In this document: one piece after another, positions 60,624 to 64,000 of the stretch
Position numbering within the stretch: position 1 is the first letter of the stretch
Layout: every line of letters starts with the position of its first letter
Assembly: GCA_965116875.1 (NCBI GenBank)
Contig: OZ220733.1
Coordinates: forward strand, 1,664,001-1,728,000
DNA length: 64,000 nucleotides
Source of the DNA: Candidatus Latescibacterota bacterium
GTDB taxonomy: Bacteria; Latescibacterota; UBA2968; GCA-2709665
Direction: 5' to 3'
Notes under the pieces: generated by a model
What the model was told of the DNA's origin: nothing
Seen by the model: the letters and a program-made list of their open reading frames with translations, nothing else
Databases searched by the model: none
Program-made: the position numbers and the translations under genes

Positions 60624-61594
60624 CCCAGCTTGCGCCGGACCCGTATCTGCTCCTGTTCGCGGTGTTTCTGGACGGCCTGTTCGGGGACCCGGTCTTTGCA
60701 TGGCACCCCATTCGCCTGATGGGTGCGACGCTCTCCATTTTCGAGCGGATGCTGCGTCGTCTCGGTCCGGACGGCTACGCGGGCGGATGTCTGCTGATGT
60801 TGCTCCTGTCCGCATTGTGGCTTGGGATTGTCTGTGGATTGGCGGTGGTTTTGAGCTACCTCCAGTACGACGTCGGATGGATCTTCCAGGCATATATCAT
60901 ATTTAGTATGATCGCGCTGAAAGACCTGTGCAAGCACGGGATGGCCATCGATCGCGCCGCCGATCCGGATGGCGCGCGAACGGCGGTTTCCATGCTCGTC
61001 GGGCGGGATACCGACAGGATGGATGCCGCGGCATGCCGGCGAGCGGGCATGGAGAGTTTGAGCGAGAACGCGGTGGACGGTTTTGTTTCACCCATCTTCT
61101 GGTACGTGGTGCTGGGGCTTCCGGGGATCGTATTCTTCAAGGTGGTCAGCACCATGGACTCCATGGTGGGATTCAGGACGCCGCGATACAGGCGCTTGGG
61201 CTGGTGCGGCGCCCGGTTGGACGACGTACTCAACTATGTCCCGGCAAGATTGACCTACCTGTTGATGGTGGTGGTCGCTCTTCTCCTTCCCGGTTGTTCC
61301 GCCCGCAAGGCGCTGCGGGCCGGATGGCGGCAGCACACGCTCGTTCCCGGTCCGAACTCCGGCTGGAGCGAGGCGACGGCCGCGGGCGCATTGCAGCGGC
61401 GTCTCGCGGGTCCCATCTGGCAGGATGGCGAGATGATTACAGACGTCTGGCTGGGCGAGGGGTCCGACCCGGAAGGCGGACAGCCCGGGGATATGCGCCG
61501 CGCGTGCGCGTTTGTCATTGTCACCTGTCTCCTGGCGACAGGCGCAGCCGCTGCCTGTTTGTTCGTTTTGCGCCCGCACGGGTTGACTTTCTGA
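60614..61594 (+). CDS. cbiB: adenosylcobinamide-phosphate synthase CbiB/CobD
   Basis: GDP..WHPIRLMG, VGRDT, ESLSEN.VDG, STMDSMVG, ARLDD.LNY.PARL, PNSG. Confidence 0.93.
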   Translation: MDLTQLAPDPYLLLFAVFLDGLFGDPVFAWHPIRLMGATLSIFERMLRRLGPDGYAGGCLLMLLLSALWLGIVCGLAVVLSYLQYDVGWIFQAYIIFSMIALKDLCKHGMAIDRAADPDGARTAVSMLVGRDTDRMDAAACRRAGMESLSENAVDGFVSPIFWYVVLGLPGIVFFKVVSTMDSMVGFRTPRYRRLGWCGARLDDVLNYVPARLTYLLMVVVALLLPGCSARKALRAGWRQHTLVPGPNSGWSEATAAGALQRRLAGPIWQDGEMITDVWLGEGSDPEGGQPGDMRRACAFVIVTCLLATGAAAACLFVLRPHGLTF

Positions 61595-61663
61595 TGTCCC
61601 GCCGCTATCTTCATCTGCCAGGTTTGAGTAATCCGGTAGACCCGATATCAGGAGAAGGCGATC

Positions 61664-63250
61664 ATGAAATCTCTGCTTGTCATTTTGAGTCTGGCGGGTA
61701 TCTGTTTTTCTCAAGACCCTGCCTCTGCACAGGACAATAGAACGACGGCACGCGACGTGATGGACCGGGAGACCCTGATGGCCTTTGTGGATGGGGCCAG
61801 AGATTCCCTCGAGAGCGCCGTCGACTACGCCGCCGTCGGACGATTGGTGGAGGCATTCAGGCCCGAGGGCGACTGGAAGGCCGGTCCGGTCTATCTCGTC
61901 ATTCTGACCCCGGAAGGCGTGGTGAGTTTTCACGCGGCAGACGTGAAGTTCGAAGACAAGAATGTGATCGATCTCGAGGATGACAGAGGCACAATGTTCG
62001 TCCGGGACATGCTCGCCGCTGCCGCTGAAGACGGTGGGTTTGTCTCATACCACTGGGACGACCCGGCCGTGGCGGAAGAAGAGCCGTCCAGACTCGCCTA
62101 CGCGGTTCCGGTTGCCATTCGAGGGGATGACTTCATCCTTGTTGGCGGCTTCCATATGGATTTGTCAGACGTGGACGCCGAGCCAAACATCTTTGAACTG
62201 CTGGAGGTAACGGCCCGGGACGTCAAGGACAGAGCGTCGTTGAAAGCCTTTGTGGAAGGCCTGAGGGTCCTGGTACCCATCATCGAAGAAAAGGGCTATC
62301 CGTACCTGGCAACCGTGCAGGCCGCAATCAGGACCGAGGGCGAGGATTTCAAACATGGTTCGATATACATATTCGTCATAAACTCCTCGGGCTACCTTGT
62401 CTTTCACGGGACCGCCGACCTCAGTCTGATAGGCGAGAACATGATCGACGTCGAGGACGTCAACGGCCTCAAGATCGTACAGGAGATCATTGCGAAGGCC
62501 GAAGCTGGCGGCGGTTTCGTGAAATACTACTGGGACAATCCGGCGGTCATCGGAGACGAGGACACGAAGTCGCCCAAGCTCAGCTACGTGATCCCGGTCA
62601 ATGTATTCGGTCAGACCTTTATCGTGGGCGCGGGTATCTATCTGGAGAGCGATATCGCGTTCGAAGAGGTCGCCCAGGTGGACGTACAGATTGTCGGCGA
62701 TGGAGATCCGGGGGGTCTGACCGTTGAGGTTTCGCGGTCGATTTCCGGACGTGCGCCCGTCTATTCGTGGCGCAAGACGACCGATGAGACGGGGCACGCC
62801 GCGGTGAGAGTGACGCCGGACGAGCAGCGCCGCGTAAACGGCATGTACCGGGCGCGCGTGCGTCGTGAAGAAGGAGAGACCATTGCAAGCTGGAGCAGCA
62901 TTCCGCTGATGCCAGGCAGGCGCGTGACTTACGAAGTCAATTTGAATGGCGATGTAAACGCCGTCAGCCAGCTTGCGGCATCGCTGGACGCCAACCGGCC
63001 GAATCCTTTCAACCCCGCCACCTCGATTCGTTATACGCTGGACAGGGCAGTGGACGTGAAGTTGGCGGTCTACAACCTCCTGGGCCAGGAGGTCCGGCTG
63101 CTTGTTCGACGGTTCCAACCCGCTGGAAGCTATGCGGTCGCGTGGGATGGGCGCGATACCGCCGGACGGCAGGTGAGTACCGGCGTGTACCTGTACCGGC
63201 TCCAGGCGGGGACGGACGTGGTTACGCGCAAGATGGTGCTGGCAAAGTAG
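61664..63250 (+). CDS. secreted protein: two single-Cache domains + Ig-like module + FlgD-Ig/sorting-like C-terminus
   Basis: Signal peptide; repeated D.ED..G...V.D/E....A..GGFV.Y.WD.P; RSISGR..WSSIP module; NRPNPFNP..GVYLYRL..TRKMVLAK. Confidence 0.8.
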   Translation: MKSLLVILSLAGICFSQDPASAQDNRTTARDVMDRETLMAFVDGARDSLESAVDYAAVGRLVEAFRPEGDWKAGPVYLVILTPEGVVSFHAADVKFEDKNVIDLEDDRGTMFVRDMLAAAAEDGGFVSYHWDDPAVAEEEPSRLAYAVPVAIRGDDFILVGGFHMDLSDVDAEPNIFELLEVTARDVKDRASLKAFVEGLRVLVPIIEEKGYPYLATVQAAIRTEGEDFKHGSIYIFVINSSGYLVFHGTADLSLIGENMIDVEDVNGLKIVQEIIAKAEAGGGFVKYYWDNPAVIGDEDTKSPKLSYVIPVNVFGQTFIVGAGIYLESDIAFEEVAQVDVQIVGDGDPGGLTVEVSRSISGRAPVYSWRKTTDETGHAAVRVTPDEQRRVNGMYRARVRREEGETIASWSSIPLMPGRRVTYEVNLNGDVNAVSQLAASLDANRPNPFNPATSIRYTLDRAVDVKLAVYNLLGQEVRLLVRRFQPAGSYAVAWDGRDTAGRQVSTGVYLYRLQAGTDVVTRKMVLAK

Positions 63251-63377
63251 CTATCGGGTAAGCATACCCGGATAATTTCGGGTAAAAGAGAGAGACGGGT
63301 TTCGTGTATGGAGTCAGAAAAGGCGCGGCCCGTCTTTTCATTGACGTGTACGTGTTACGCGATTTCGGAGACGCGTT

Positions 63378-64000
63378 GTGACTGAGGCGATTCTTACGGC
63401 GCACGATCTCACCATCGGTTACAAACGCGGTCGCCGTCCGCCTCGCGTTGTCGCCAGCGGCATCAACGTCACGCTCGATCACGGTGAATTCGTCTGTCTG
63501 CTGGGTCCCAACGGCGCGGGAAAATCCACGCTCATGCGCACACTCGCCGGGATGCAGCCGCCGCTGGACGGCCACGTCCATATCGCGGGAAGAGATGTCA
63601 CGGAGATGTCTGCAACGGAAGTCGCCCAACACCTCAGCGTTGTGCTCACGGACCGTGTCAGCGCAGGGACTATGACGGTGCGCGATCTGGTCGGCCTGGG
63701 ACGATATCCCCATACCGATTGGATCGGACGCTTCGCACCTGAAGATCAAGAGGCCGTTTCCTGGGCGATTCGCGCGGCGGGCGCCGGGGATCTGGAATAC
63801 CGTAACGTGGCTGAACTCAGCGATGGCGAGCGCCAGAAGGTGATGATCGCGCGCGCGCTGGCGCAGCAGCCGGACCTGATGATTCTGGATGAACCCACGG
63901 CCTTTCTCGACCTGCCCCGCCGCGTGGAAATCATGGCTTTATTGCAAAATCTCGCGCATACGACCCGGAAAGCCATCCTCCTCTCCACGCACGACCTGGA
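63378..64000 (+). CDS. cobalamin/iron-chelate ABC ATPase (BtuD/FepC-like), runs off the window edge
   Basis: Translated by hand from GTG 63378: GPNGAGKST, LSDGERQK, ILDEPT, STHDL. Confidence 0.9.
   Translation, partial: MTEAILTAHDLTIGYKRGRRPPRVVASGINVTLDHGEFVCLLGPNGAGKSTLMRTLAGMQPPLDGHVHIAGRDVTEMSATEVAQHLSVVLTDRVSAGTMTVRDLVGLGRYPHTDWIGRFAPEDQEAVSWAIRAAGAGDLEYRNVAELSDGERQKVMIARALAQQPDLMILDEPTAFLDLPRRVEIMALLQNLAHTTRKAILLSTHDL

Noticed and set aside
1-64000. tRNA, rRNA, prophage or autonomous transposase genes
   Set aside because: None recognised by eye; a tRNAscan/Infernal run would be needed to exclude small RNAs.

Overview
GC-rich bacterial chromosomal window. A dockerin-like DFDGD..DFLAF tail, an FlgD/'NxPNPFNP' C-terminal domain, three PhyH paralogs and several REP-like repeat families suggest an FCB-group organism such as Latescibacterota or Gemmatimonadota, possibly host-associated (inference only). 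In order: a PLP decarboxylase; hicAB; six tandem orphan lipoprotein LivJ-type binding proteins that each carry the same ~95-aa N-terminal Ig-like module; transport genes (SulP, NCS2 fusion, Tsx-like channel, alpha carbonic anhydrase, and a porin/SBP/HAMP/OFA-MFS unit); a lower-GC 4.4-kb island with a tight druA-nurA-herA operon; a minus-strand metabolic run (GNAT, BNR/sialidase-like, beta-propeller hydrolase, CinA, TPP enzyme, amidohydrolase, NUDIX, PhyH, D-cysteine desulfhydrase-like); a plus-strand accessory region with toxin-less antitoxins, a DUF2188 plus NDT/TIR-like pair, methyltransferases and pseudogenes; and a cobalamin-riboswitch-controlled B12 uptake/salvage operon containing a secreted double-Cache protein with the same Ig-like module. 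Best novelty candidates: DruA-NurA-HerA, the shared Ig-like module on output-less ligand binders, and the SBP/HAMP-only/MFS unit. All family calls come from reading motifs by eye; no searches were run.
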